A stretch of 61,672 bases of DNA, filler included, from Choristocarpus tenellus KU-1152 (lineage: Eukaryota; Protista; Phaeophyceae), in assembly GCA_964200185.2 (NCBI GenBank). It is 9 parts of 9 records of this genome, joined end to end, with 100 filler letters (N's around TTAATTAATTAA, not from the genome) between each part and the next. Parts side by side here need not be neighbours in the genome. Positions count along the whole stretch, not along the records: positions 12,404 to 37,481 come from CAXNAD020000192.1; 8 more parts are not named here. One strand, given 5' to 3'. Position 1 is the first letter of the stretch, and the number at the start of each line of letters is the position of its first letter. Below, one piece after another: positions 12,404-27,400 of this stretch. Position numbers and translations under genes: made by a program. The notes under the pieces are model-generated. The model was not told the DNA's origin. It ran no database searches and saw only the letters and a list, made by a program, of their open reading frames with translations.

Positions 12404-15400
12404 CCTTGTCAAGGCATGTAGTGGTGCTGTCAAGGGGGGAGGGGGGGGTTCTGGTACCGGAAGGATGATAACAGGCAAAGGGGATGCCACCATCACACCA
12501 GGTCAGGGCATGATTTCGTAGATATACAAGCGTTCTTGGGAGTTGATGGGGGGGGCTGTCTTGGGGGGCAGGGCAGGGGGGGAAGCTTGAGTGAGCTCAG
12601 TAGTGTTTTCTTTTGAGAGTGAGAGTTAGACTTTTTTCTTTCATTTTAGGGTTAGGGTTAGGGTTAGGGTTAGGGTTGTTAATGTAAAGATTCTTGCACC
12701 TGTAGCATAGTAGTCCATGAATGTGCTATTTTGTGTCAGCAAAATGACATGTTAACATTAATATACTTGTATGTTCAGTGTTGTATTTGTGGGTATGCAC
12801 TTAGAGATGACCAATGCCAAGAGTCACAGTGTCCCTGAATGTTTGATGTTTTCAACAGGAGTTCTAAAGTGTGGAGGTGGTTTGTCTCTCTATCTGCTAG
12901 GGTTAGGGTTACCTTTGTTTGGATTGCAATTGTTATCATCTCATGATCTCCCTGTTACAATGTGTAGTTTCTATTGGTAGTATTATCAGTATTTGAAAAC
13001 GTCCTTACTATTCATTACTTGGTACGATATGTACTTTGTCCAGTATATACTATGAAGTATATTATATGATATGATCGTGAATGATCTAATATTTATGATC
13101 TTACAGTGTATGATATGCTTATTTGATGACGAATGTCTCACCGGAGTGTTTTTTGTATTGTTCAGGATTAGAGTTAGGCTTAGGCTTAGGCTTAGGGTTG
13201 GTGCTATTAATGCTATACCATTAATACACTAAAAGAGACTGTGACTAACACATCTAAGCTGTGTTGAGCACAGCATTGAATGGGGTCTTTTCACTCTACA
13301 TTTCATCATCATCGTCACCATTATTATTATTTTTATTATTAGAGTAAAATAAAAAATGTAAAGAGGAGAGGATGAGATAGGTTTGAATTGCACAGGAATG
13401 TTTTTTTTGAGCAGGGCAGGAATGACACTTGTGCTTTCTATATGCATGATCATAGTCCCCCCACCTAATTCAATTTGGTGTCTGTGGCTGGTTGGGTAGG
13501 TACGTAGCTTTTGTGGTTAGGGTTAGGGTTAGGGTTAGTTGCAGGACCGCAGACTGCATGGTTTCTTCAAGATTCTTAATCTAGAGGTAATAGAGAAGCT
13601 TGCTGCTTTTGGATTCTTTCAACTCTTCATATGTAACTCATTAGGGTTCGGGTTAGGGCTGGAGGTAGGATGATAGTTTAGATTGTGTATAGAGTTGGGT
13701 GCGATGATAGGTAAGTACAAGTATTTTTATTTCTACTTTTAATATCTTTATTTTACAGAGCAAACTACAGCTCTTCAAATCAGTTGGGGGACTGTTTTTT
13801 GAGTTAGGGCTAGGGTTAGGGTTAAGAGTGGAGCATCATTTTATTTTTACATACGTGTATTTGATGTGCGGAATTGGATCAATCTCTTCGCCGCCATATG
13901 CTTGTTTTGTGTCAAGCTAGTCTGTGGTGGAAGAGTAGAACCATTATTTAGAAATACCTGCAAACATTTCATGAGTTCAAACCCCTTGGATGCCATTTTT
14001 TTTTATGGGGACATTTTTGGGTAGAAGAGAAGTGAAGGGTGTCTGATGGAAGTCACAAAGTTTCAGATATTCATCTTTTTAATGATGTTTCATGAAAATT
14101 GAAGTTACAGGAATAGTTCTCATTTCTTCAAATATTTTTCCTTCCCTTCCTTGTTATTAGAGTATCTGTTACTGCCATGTCTTAAAAGTGGATAATCCTA
14201 GGATTTTAGGCATTTCGGTAAGGATTTTCTTTTTCTAGTTGAGGTACATTTCCCAACACTCTTTGTCTACTAGCATCTATTGAATGTTCAAAAAACTATA
14301 CTTCTCTTCCAAATATTTTTACTGTATTATTTAATTTGTATTATTTAATTTGTATAATGATAGCAATTACTAGTACTATTGTCATTGTTAATGTTATTTA
14401 TTTTGATGTATATGAAGCTCCTTAGACCAGTATATGCACCCCACCCTTCCTCCTACCCCTAAAAACTTGTTCCTTGTGAGATAGGCACTGTACTGTAGTG
14501 ATACCATTGATAGTGATGTACTGTAGTGATACCATCAATAGTGATGTATTGATACCATTAACAGTGATGCACTGTAGTGATACTGTTGATAATGGAGTTT
14601 CAATTTGTGTCCTAATCTATCTAATCTTTTTTCTGTTGTTGCTGGCGGTGGTAGAGGTGGCACAAGACCTTGTCAACACTTTGTCTGGCTTCTTCACGCC
14701 TGATAGGTGAGAATGCTCAACACTCAACCCCACCAAGGCTTCTTCTGCCTTTATCCTTATTATTTCTTGCTTTTATTATTTTTTGCTTTTTAAACCTGTA
14801 TTGTATTGTATTTGTTGTATTGTATTTATTGTATTGCATTGTGTTGTATCGTACTGTATCATATGTATTGTATCATATTTGTTGTATTGTATTTATTGTA
14901 TTGCATTGTGTTGTATTGTTAGAACGACATAATTCACTACTTCTCTCATTAATCTCATATCTGTGTTCATGAGACAGAGTATCTTTTTGCATCATTTTAA
15001 TATTGAATAGTTAGATATCACTGTTGATATTTTCTACTTACAGTATCTGTATTGCCTACACAGACTGTGCCTTGGTATTAATGACAATACTTTCCATTGG
15101 AGACTAAATTAATATCTTCACTGATTTTCTTGGACAATATCCTCCACAATCTAGATTATTTTATAGGATATTTTCGTACTGTGGGTTACAATTATTTTAC
15201 TATTTCTATTATTTTATTGCAGTCATTGTTATTTTGATATTTGTACCATGGACTGCTTTTATGGGGATGGAGGGATGTTTGTGTTTTTTGTGTATTATTT
15301 TATTTCTTTTTATGTATTATCATTTGATTTCTAGATGTATGAGTAGAGTGTAAGACCCAAAGGCTTGTTCTGAGGGCACTATATGATACAAAACATTTAT

Positions 15401-18400
15401 ATAGTTTGTTTTACTCGTAAGTAGGGTTAGGGTTAGGGATGACTTGTTCCTGTACGGGTGGTACACTTGTCGTAGATGACATTATCACAACCAACTAATT
15501 GTTGCCATTGGGAGTTTTGGTATAGTCTGTGTCCAAGAGAGTACTCTCTACTGATGTATCACACAGGCGCACACACACACACACACACGCATGGTAAATA
15601 AATATAGTAATCATAATGAGATGTACACATTTTTACCATGCTATATGTGTTTTGTGGTAGGGTGGTGTTAGTGCTATCACTTGTCATGGAAGGTGTACTT
15701 CCTCTATCCAACAACCAACTGGAGGAGTGGGTGTCTGATCCGGAACAGTTTCACCTTGTTCAAGATAGTCTTGGAGGACAGGAGAGTGCACGGGTGAGTT
15801 GTTGCCAGTTCATAACGTTTAGGGTTCCACCCTAACCCTAGCCCTAACCCTAACCCCATTTTGTTTGTTTGATTCATATTTACATGATGGAGGTGACATT
15901 GACAAATTGTGAGATGAATTTTGTTTGTATGATGTGTAATTGACTGCGATCTATTTCATCTTGCTGCTGTGGAGTGAAGGCATTAGGATTTATATTGGGT
16001 TTTGCATCAAAATTGTCTTATATATTGAATTATGCCCTGTTCTATTCTGTTACACTGTGTTGTTGGGTATATTATTGGTAGTTTTAGAATGGGCAGGTTA
16101 GAGTTTGTCTGCCTAGAGTTGTGAATTTGAAAAGTGATAATGTTGTATGCTGTGACTGTGTTGATATACCTTTATGTTTTCACTCTTTATTGGTTCTGTC
16201 CCATTGCATCTAACCCTAACCCTAACTTTTTGCCCATTTCTTTTATTGATGTTGATATGGATAATGATGTTGATGTTGATGTTGATCATCTACTCTAATT
16301 GTGTAAGACTTTGATATGTGCTGATCTCAAAGTACGTAGTATGTATCATCTACCTTTCTTTAACGGATGATTTGCATATCTTGTACTTGAGTATTAGTAT
16401 TGGGTGCGATGATATAATTTTGTTTGATAGATAATTTAGTGCAATATTTAGTATTTACATCTTGCTATTATTGTTGATACCGAAAATGATATTGATAGCA
16501 TTGTACTGTACCCTTACTCTATATCCTATTTATCTCTAACCCTAACCCTCTCTGTGCATACTCACCGCCTTACCCTAAGGTTATGGTTGGTCCACCATGT
16601 TGATGTTGAACTTCAGGCAGGGTCCATACTTGTTGTAACTCTTTGTGCATGATCTTGTAGTGGAATGCATTTTTTGGTGTTTTGGTATACTTATCATAAC
16701 AATTTCTTGTCCCAGGTAGTCCATAATGTTATGAACTAACCCATTAATTGACCCTAACTCTAACTTGTCAACCAGAGGTCGCTGTCCAATCCTTTCAAGA
16801 TATTGTCCACTCATGTCAACCGGCAGGCTGGTGCAGTTAAGAGATCATATTTTTGATAGCATACTATATTGCATACTATACTAAAGATTGTTTGAGATAG
16901 CATACTATACTAAAGTTTGTTTCTGAGTCACTTTATACGCTGACTCTTCCCTAGCATTAATTACAACCATTACTCCAACACTATTAATGATTTGCATTAA
17001 TAACCCTTCATTACCTTATACAAACCCTTTTGCCACATTAGGTGAGTGGGGAGCAGTTACTGATGTCACTGTTTTGGGGGGAAGCAGTAGATACTGGTGA
17101 TGTCGTCGCACCAAGGGTGACTCAGATGGTCATGGAGGGGGCAGAGCAACAGGTGGAGGTGTGCAGATTATTAATTCCCACCTCCTCAAGGTAAGGACTA
17201 CATGACAGATATATGAAGAGAGAGACCAGGAGGATGTTTTTTTTGTACAGTTGTAGTGAGTTGTGGCAAATGGTGCGTGAATGAGAAAGTTATGGTATCA
17301 ATATTTTATTGATATACTTGCTATAATTAAAAGTCAGTGCTAATATTGTTAAGATCAGTAATAATAATTATTATCAATATTGTTGTTCTTGAAACAGTCT
17401 TCACTCAACTCATCTGCTGTCCTTTTTCCTCCATTTCATCTTGTCGGGCAGGCAAGACAGGTCAGACAAAATTTTGCGCCTAGAGTGATGCTATCGCATC
17501 CTCCACTCACTGGAACACACACATGGAAGTATCTGTCTGGACACTGTTCTATAGTAGCTAGTACTAAGAGCCAACTAGTATTCTATATACGTTGTACACA
17601 TTGTATAGTAGGGTGTTCTTGGGAGTATGAATGCATGTATGTATTGTGTTTGATCTCTCAGGTTTAGAGATGTAAAGTGAGGAACTACAGAGAGTGATTG
17701 TGAAGAGAAATGACCTATTCATTCCTATGCTATGGTACTTGTGTGTTGTTATCTCACCAAAAGGTGAGCACTGGCTGCTGCCTCAAGCAAGAAAGAAACA
17801 GTATATACTGAGGAGGGTGGGAGCCTAGTGATCTTTGATAACTCTTGACCCACTGATCATTTCATGACAACACTCACTGATCATTTCATTTTTTGATAGG
17901 ACTTGACTCTTGCAGTATGTGGAGTCAGGTCATGCCACACTATGGGCACCCATCTCCTTTTTATTTGTAAGTCCTCCTTGTGTAACCCTAACCCTAACCC
18001 TATCATCTGACTTGGCATGCCTAGCTGTACTGCCAACATTGAACCAACTCTTGCATCTGCATGCAAACAGCCTATTCTTACAAGTCACCTCCTGTTTTAT
18101 AAGTGTGTAATTGACTGTATCAGCTCTGCCAAGTAACTCTAACCCTAACCCTAATGCAAACCATGTCCTGTAAGCTGCTATTGGATAGCGTTTGAACAAC
18201 AGCTCCTGTCTCTTGCTTTTCTGTTGCAATGTTGATGTTTTTAACCTTAACCCTAAGTTTTACCCTAACCTTGATATCAATCTCAATGTGTGTGTCCAGT
18301 ACGGAGGGCTTGATGCGGGTGCTACTCCTAGATGCTTTGTATCTATGTGCTGGCCTTGGAGCCTACAGTCTGAAAAGATACCTAAACTTCACACAGTGGT

Positions 18401-21400
18401 TTTCAAGCTGTCTTGGGCCAGGATTGGAAGGATTGGTAGCCACCATGCAAGGAGGGGCACAGGTGCTGTTGACTATTGTCTCTTGCTTCTCTCCTACCCC
18501 AGTGTGACCTTGTGAGAGTAGACAGTAACTTCAGGTTATTGTCCCTGGTCACACATGCACAAAGTGCACTATTATTTGTTGTAGTTTATTTTTATTTTTA
18601 TTTTAGCATTGTCGTGTTCTGATGGATTTTTGTTTTTGAGAACCATGCATGTGTGGATACAAACCAGGACACCAAGACTTGACAAGAACAAGAACACCCT
18701 GTTTGAAGAGATGTATCATATAATGAAATGCATAGATGGGTTAGGGTTAGGGTTAGGGTTACACTGTGGGTGAAGTGTCTCAAATATGTTTCCACTGTTA
18801 CCATCGCCCTTCAAATCCTAACCACAACCACGACCCTAACCCTAGTGTTCTGTTTGTTGTGGTAACACTAAGTTAGCTGACCATGGCATTGCCGTTGGAG
18901 TGTTTCCCCCCTTGATTTGTTGTCATGCTGTTTACTGACTACTGCCTGGACCTTTATTATGTACACCTGAAAATGTTGAACTTGAAGCCCTGTCTCATTG
19001 GACATGATTCATTCCTTTTGATCCAAACAAGGTTGGTGTTGGTGTTCCCCTGGTACTCCTGCGTCGGCTGCTGTGGCTTGTTGGCTGTTGGGCAGACCAG
19101 ATTCCTAGCCACATGATTCCCCCATTGGTACAGGCTACAGCTACTGTGATGCAGGTGAACTAAGACTTACATATATAAATATGTACATTATTGTCCCTGA
19201 ACTCTAAGTGCGATTCTAGCCCTAACCCTACCACTAACACTAACACTAACCCTAGCGCTAGTTATTTTACTGTTGTACCTCCAAATAATTTGTCCACTCT
19301 TGTTTATCACTTGGCGGGATAGCATTAACCTGTCATGGCTGTATCTGCCATTTTTTCAGTGCTAATGTGTTCATGTGTTCCTTTGTTCCTAAGTGCATAC
19401 CTGTGTGGTAGTATGACTCCAAGAGAAGGGTGCTTCATAGAGTAGGCGTGGTTTTGATTTATCATCTATGTTAGGGTTAGCGTTAGGGTTGGGGGAAGTA
19501 CCAAAGCAAATGATTGCACTCTGTTTACTCAATCTCGCACATTCATGTACCATTCTACACATTCATGTATCATTCTATGATCATAAGTGTTGCTTTTATT
19601 TTTATCTTGTAACCTTGTATGGTGACTTGCCTTATTAATGTCTCTGTGTAGTACAGAGGAACAGCCACAACTAAGTGATTCTAACGAAAAGAGCCAGCTG
19701 TGAGCAAGAAATGTGTAGAGCATGATGAGTTTGTTCCAAAAAAAATCGTGAGTACCTATTGACCTTTTTTCCCCCTAAATTATATCATTTTTGACCCTTG
19801 CCACTCCATTTTGTAAATCTCCTTATGTATGTTGGTCCTTGTGGGCGATCTTGTTGAGAGATGACATCAACCATTCTATATTTATTTTTAACAATCAATA
19901 CAAAAGGAGGCTATTTTCTGTTGACACGGTGATCCCTAACCCTCTCCCCCTGCTTCCTTGACTGTGCTGTGTCCAATGGGCATGCTTTTCTCAACCTTCA
20001 AATTCACACAACTGATCAAAAAAAAAATTTCATGTTTAGGACACAGCTCACGGTACGGATGTAGCAGTCAGACTGTCTGCACTTGAGGCGCTTCATGCCC
20101 TGCTCATGCTGTGGGATCTTGACCCTGTGACAGCTCTAGGTCCTTCACTGGTGTGGCTGCTCCCGGCATTGTACCAGCTTCTTGGTGATGTGGAGACATT
20201 TGAGAGTCGACAGCAGGTACTCAGGGGACATTATGTTATTATTATGTTTGTATTGCTGTTTGTGTTGCTTCTATGATGCTGTTCATCTTTTGGTTCACTA
20301 ACCCTAACCCTAACCCTAACCCAAAGTAGTACTTCTTACTACGATATAGTGCTGTTGTGTCTTTTATACCTTTGTAACCCTAACCCTAACACAGTATTAC
20401 AGTTCTTGTAGCCCTAACCCTAATGGTATGTTGAGAAGCGTGGTAACAATTTGGATTTTAACGTGTGTGTTCGATGGAGTTCAGTTCACTTGGGTTAGGG
20501 TTAGGGTTAGGGTTAGGGTTAGGGAAATGATTTCAGCATCTCTGATATGTGCCTGTCTGAATGTCCCATATGCTACTAATAATATGCTAGTTTTTTTGGT
20601 GTAGGAGAGCTAATGTGATTCTATCTTCATTCACATGCTACGGAAAATTAAACTGCGGTACTTTTATTATTATTATTATTATCATCATCATTTCATTAAT
20701 GTTGTAAATGTTGCATCTAATGTAGTACTTTCAAATTGTGTGCCAAGGAAAGAAAAAATACGTATTGATGTTTGGGTGTGAGGTGTTTGTTTGGATGTAT
20801 ATTTGGCTTTGGTACCTGCATTCTGATTGCTGTCTGTTGACTTACTGATATTCCCAATTTATTCCCAATTTCGAAATGGAGGTGTTGAACGTCATGGCAG
20901 AGTTGCTAGAGCGATCTGGACGCTTGTTGATACCACACTGCTCTGCTGCAGTAGGGAGGCTTCCTGAGGTGTGGCAGGCCAGCTGCGACCAAACACCACT
21001 TAGGTGTACCTGCCTGACAGTGAGTACCTTGGGATTAATCCCACACCAACCCTATCCGTATTACTGTAACTATTAACACCATCTAACGCTGTAGCTTTGT
21101 GCATCACTGACTGGACATCAGGTACTTTCCGTCTGATAGAAACTTCCTTTATGTTTACTGTAGTTGTCTGAATTGTTTGCTCACCTGGTCCATCTCAGCA
21201 AGGGCTGTTGGTGTTATTATCTTTATTGTTGTTATTGTGGCTGTTGTTGTCCCTATTATTATTAACATTGTTCAGTTGGTTGTAATTTTATTATGGTTCC
21301 ACAGAAATCAGAGGATTTTCATTTTTCTACGACCCTGACAAACCACAGTCAAGTGCTGTTTTCTGAACACTCCAAAGACACTCCTAACCCTAACCCTTTT

Positions 21401-24400
21401 TGTCATTTTTTTCTACATGTCCTGTACCTGGTTGGTGGTTTACGAATATACTGTGTCCCCTTTTATGCATCAATTAACTAGTTCTGACGTTGATGTACTC
21501 CTCTTTATGTTGATTGATGACATGTTGCACATTGTTTTCCCAAATTTTTATTTTGGAATCTTGTGTACATAGAAGTATGGCTCTTTACTGTTTACTGTTT
21601 ATTAGGCTTGGTGTTTCTGTTTATGTTGCTTGTATTTATTTGTCTACAGGTATTTACCACTAGGTATATTGCTTAGGGCATGCTGTTTTGAAGACTATCT
21701 ATTAGTGAGGTACTCTGTGTAGATTAGTCCTATAATTACAATGGACCAAATATTAGGGTTAGGGTAAGGGCAGTGTGTTGTAAACAATGCATAGTGTGAG
21801 GAAGGCCTCATAGTGCAATGGCAATAAAGTATCCCTAACCCTACCACTTCACAAAAGTGTCTTTTTCTTTGGTTATTGATGATGCAGGTGATGACACATG
21901 TCATAGATGCAGTGGGATCAGAAAAGGGAACAGACCTGGATGAGATGGCTGTGACAATGATTAGTGTTGCCACCAACATCACCAATGATGATGAGGTAAC
22001 AGTACCTGCAGGCACATGTACAGCATTTTTTAATTTTAATGTTATGGTTAGAGTTGGAGCTTGGCTGCTTAGTGTGCACTTATGATAGCCCTAACCCTAT
22101 GTCATGAAATGTGAGTGTGGTGTGGTATTACCATCCTGTAGTATATTGGTATGGATGGTGCCCTGCATTAATGTTGATTGTAATGCTAATGATGTCAAGA
22201 GTGTATTTGTATTGGGTAGTGCTAGAGTTCAAGTGGCAGTCACATGGGCCTTGAACACTCCATTACATCCCCCTCGAAGATTGGATGGTTTTAGGGTTGT
22301 CCATGGTTAGGGTCAAGGTCAAGGTTAGGGTCAGGGAATGTCATCTGGTGATTTTGTAGAGTTAGGCTTCAAACAAACTTATGACTGAATATGATATCCG
22401 TCTTGATTGTGCTGTTGATTTGAGAGATACCCTGATGGATAGCACCTGTTCTGGACTAAAACCTCACCCTGATGCTAGCCCTATCTCTGCTGAAAAAAGG
22501 TGTACCTTGTGGAGCAAGGACTGGAGCTGTGGCTGTCAGTGATGCGCAATTGTCCAGAGTACAGTGGTAGTCTGCATGCCCTCTTTCCTGCCATTCCTCC
22601 CATACTGAACAGGGATTTGGATCACCTCAAGCATGTAGGACACCTCTCCTTGTCCCTTCAACAATATTGCGGTTGGGTTTTTAGCAATTTCTGTTTCATT
22701 TTACTCAAGTGGACTTGTCTTTCTCTCCGAGGTGCTGTCAGTGCAAAATGCTTGCATCACGTTGCTAGATACTGTCATCACAGGGTGCCCAGGTTAGATA
22801 GCTTGTGGTCTTCATTACTGAGGAGTGTTGGTAAGTTGGAGTGAAGTCTGAGGAATATTTCAACTCCCATAGTACTGTTGTTTTGTGTCTTTAGTTTTAA
22901 TTTTGTTATGTTAATATGCTGTGTTGTCAATCTATGTACCAATTGACACCATCCAGATATTGGTGCTTGGGAGTGTGATCATCCTGTTGATCGTGTATAT
23001 TATTAACTCCTCTTATTGGCACATATTAATACCAACCTTGAACATGTTCTTGAGTGTAGGTGATGCTCATTCTGGAGGCATATGTTGTAATTGGTGGGAA
23101 GGACTTCCTTCAGACTCACGCATCCTCTGTCTGCCAGTGCTTTCAAAAGGTGGTGGGTCAGGTGAGGTGAACAACGTAACTGAAGATTAATTTTAGCTAT
23201 ATTATGTTCTAGATTTTTTTTTTTTGGGGGGGGGTGGCCCAGTTCCTGGTGCATCTCCGCTAACATTTTGTTTGACCATTGGGATCAAGGTTTGAAACTG
23301 TTGAGGGTGAAGTATGTAGGTGAGGTGCTGGTAACTGCCGCTTTGAAGTGGACAAATAGGCAAGCAATAAGAAAAATAAACCAACAAGAAGGAGGGTTCA
23401 TTGCCATATCTGCCACCCTGAACAAGCAAAATTATGGGTCTTGATGAACGATGACTTGGGGTCCAAGGTCTTGGATATTGCATGTGATAAAGTGAGGTTT
23501 TCATGGGTTAGGGTTAGGGTTAGCTTGGATATTGCATGTGTTGAAGTGAGGTTTTCATGGGTTTTTTGGTAAGGTGCAGCACTGCTGTATGCACAATCTC
23601 AATGTCAAGGATATTACATACCTGCCAAGAGAGATCTCTTTCATGCAGGCTAAAATCATAGTTGTAGTCATGACACTCTTGGTGTAGTGACTGGTTGTGT
23701 CATGATGTTTGGTGTACTGGTGATGATCAGGGTGCATTTGGATAGTTGTATCAACGGCTGGTGTCGGATGTGTTGGTCAGTGGTGCACACATGAAAATCA
23801 ACTCTATTCATTACTTTCAAAGTTTATTTGTACTGGGGTGGATGTTCAAATCCAGTACTTGGCTAGATGCGATTAATATCAGTAGTGATAAAAATCTTTG
23901 TGAGGTATTGATGGTAATTGTTTTTTGTTAGGGTTAGGGTTAGGGTTAGGGTTAGGGTTGCTTTGTTTTTTGAACAAGAGCCGTGTGGATATCCCACTTG
24001 AAGTTGAAGTTGATGCTGGACATATCACAGGATACACCGGTGATTTGATTTGGTGTGAATTTTGGGAGGCACAAAAAGGCGCACTAATATGCTTCATATT
24101 CTTTTCCTACATGGAACTACAGACAGAATGGTCATCAAGCAGCAGTGGACTCAAGGAAAACACATGTCTTCTAGTTGGATGTAGTGATCTCAACCTTTTG
24201 CCCCCTACTGCATTGATAGTCTTTCTTTTGTTTGACAACAATAGTGCTCCATTGGGTTAGGGTTTTTCTCTGACTTGCGCTTTGTTTGCTCTAACTGTGT
24301 TCTTCTAAGGCAGGTCAAGCCAAAGGGGGCAGCGTTTGTGTCCCGTGTGCTGGAGAGTCTTTTGAGGAAATTTCCTGCAGATGGTTCCAGGATGCTGCAC

Positions 24401-27400
24401 ACAGCTGGCATCTTGGGGCAGGTGATAATGAGCCCTTCCTGATAGTTTGGTATTCATGTCTGTATTATGTGCTGGGCCATGGTATGGATGGCTGAGTCTT
24501 GATTGAGCTAATGTTGTGGTAGTATTGGTCTAGGACTAGGGTAATGGAAGGGGTTAGGGTAAGCTTCCGGTCACCATTTGCATAGTGTAAGGTCAGTGCA
24601 TCTGGGACTGAACACAACTAATTGAATGCTGTGATATTCAAGGTATATATATCTGCTACATGACGTAATGCATCAAATAGCACTTGTTCTTGAGCATAGT
24701 ATATGAAAGGGTTGCTGTAGAGTTTATTCTTTTTGTTGCCTAATTTCCCTATGAATTATTTTGGTTTCTAAAAGGGATGTTCGATTCTTCATTTTTTGCA
24801 AAGAAGTGACCTTTGACCCACTTCGCTGTTCCTCTCCAAGGTCATGGAGGCGTGCCGGGCAGCACAAAGAGAAGATGCAGGTCGAGAGCCAGACCTGGTT
24901 ATCGTTATGCACCTGAGTGTGCTTTGCAGGTGAAAGGATGACGAGAACTCACAAATGCGTTAGGTTTTGTGCCTGTTACATATATGATGTGCCTGACTTG
25001 AGGGAGAGTGCTGTACTTGCATGTTCTTGCATTTAAGATGGGAAGTGCTACTTTGATCACGCATTGTGTGCTTGTGGTGAGCACCATCCTGCCTCTGCAC
25101 TGATGCATGCAGATGTACCATTTGCTTGAATGAGTTGTGTAAAACGTTTTGTAGGTGAAGGTATTTGTAGGCCAATCAATGTCAAGGGTCAATGTTTACC
25201 CGTGCTGCAGTGTAAAGACCTGCATCTGGTTCAGTTTACATGCATCTTGAGTTTGTCGTTACTCTGTTTTGTATCAGATTGGTTACCATGCTTGTCCATA
25301 TCATTGTGATGTCTGACATGGTTTGACATGCTACTACAAACATCGTTTCCTTGGCAAATCCAATCCAGCTATGGCTATTGAATAGATTCAGATTTGTAGC
25401 AAATTGTCAAGCATCTGAGGATATGTATACCCTTTACATGGAGAATTTCTTGAGGCGAGACTCAGGTGATTCTTTAGCTGCTCGATTGAAGCCACAATTC
25501 ATACTCAATGCCTTCTACATTGGAAGGCATGCTTCCAGTGAAGTCCACAGTGTAGCCACTGTTAATGCTTGGCTTAGCATTGTTTGTTGTCGAACTGGAC
25601 AGTCCCCACCTCAGAGAGACATACGTGTTGCTGCCTTAACATTGTCCGCCCCCCTCCAACTGATGGACTTGGATTCGTGGTGTCTGCCAATGGCAAGAGT
25701 GCTATTGGGGTCACCAGATACATTCCACTCCATCTGCATGCAAGCAGCTCAACAGGACAATGCCCAAGGAGGAGATAGACCAGACCAGGTCATAGGCGAA
25801 CTGGTAAGACTATTCAATGATGTTCAGTACTGTACCTGGCTTCCATCCTGTTTGTGCTCTTGAATAGTGGAAAATATTTTGATAGTAGCCATTGCTGCGT
25901 GCCTTGTGTTAGTATTCCAATCCTCTGTGAATATGCATGTAAATTCCTCGTTAATTGAATATTCAAGGGGAAACTGTATATTGAGAAACGGTGTTAATAC
26001 CTGGCACACTAAAAAAAAAAAGTCATATTAATGTTGATCATCTGCTCTCACAATCAGGTGAGTTTTACTTCCTCGAGGAGGCAAGCACCATTGACTGCAT
26101 TTGCCACCATTGGAACCCAGTAGATACCTCTCAATATCCTAAGACTAGCATGAGATATTTCCTGTATTGTTCTTCCAATGTGATGCCGTAGCTCAATGTA
26201 CCAGTAGCGGATAACTAAGTGTGTCTTGCGCACCTCCTCCAAACCATGGCTTGCCAAAGGTGCAAGACCGACTATACCAATCACCAGTACGCAAAGATTC
26301 GACAGCACACATTACTACAGCATTAATAGTGCAGTGTATAGACAGATTGAGATGTTCAACACGAATTTCCTACATTGAATATTTCATAATAATGAAAAAT
26401 TCATCTACTCTGGTGTAGTTGGCATGTGTTCAAAATGTAATTTGTTCATTTTTTTTTGTGCAATACTTGCACAGTTTAGTGCTTCATGTGTATTTGAGTA
26501 AGATTTTCCCCCGTATGTAGCAACATCATCAGGGACTGAGTGGCCACTTTGCTCTACTTAAGTATTTATGGTTGTGTGCTAACTCAGCCTTGGGTTTGGA
26601 CCTCGATGTCTACACTCTAGCGCTTGACAATGCTGGAATCTAAGTGTTGAGTGTTTGAATGACATAAAATAATACGTGGAAATAATCAGTGAATTAACAT
26701 GGTCACTTGTACCACAGTTGGCCATATTGCTGAATTGTCAAGGGCGTTGCAATAATTTACGTTATACCTTGCGAATCATGCAGCCGTCTTCATGGTGTGT
26801 AGAGATTGAGAAGGGATGAGTTTGCATCATCACAGCTTACTCATGATTGAGTATTAACCACAACATAGGGGTAGACCCTTAGGTTCTACTGCTCTCTTTC
26901 GATCACGATAACCATCACACCTTAGAAGTGGAAATTAGTCCCATCAGCAATGTTTCCCTCAACATTCCGTGGTTGTTCTATGCCCTGTGCTGGATTTACT
27001 GTTTTATTTTTATCTTCATTTGTATAATGATATCCAGGTGGGGCAGATGTCGTCTCTGTTTGACTCTGCAGGGTACAATGCTGCAGGGGTGTTGAGGCGT
27101 CGGTTGTGGTCAGTGGCGCTGCTCACACTCTTGCCAAGCTTGAACCGGGATGTCCTTGTTCACATGGACCAGGTGACAAAGGAGTCTATTCTATGAATCA
27201 AATGTGACGACCTAGGACCAAAATTGATCTTGTGACTGGCAAAGCTGATGCTATATCATAGCCCCATGCTTTCATACAGAGCACCAGTGTTGAAAACAAA
27301 TCTTAAATTCTAGTGTAGTTCTTGATGTGCGCTTTGTGTTGACTCTGGCCTCTGGACAGGTGGTGAACATCTGTGTGGATGTGCTTACTGAGGAGAGAAA

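Noticed and set aside
22628-22640. GC-AG intron donor (AA|GCATGT)
   Set aside because: A canonical GT four bases later gives the phase required by the next exon.
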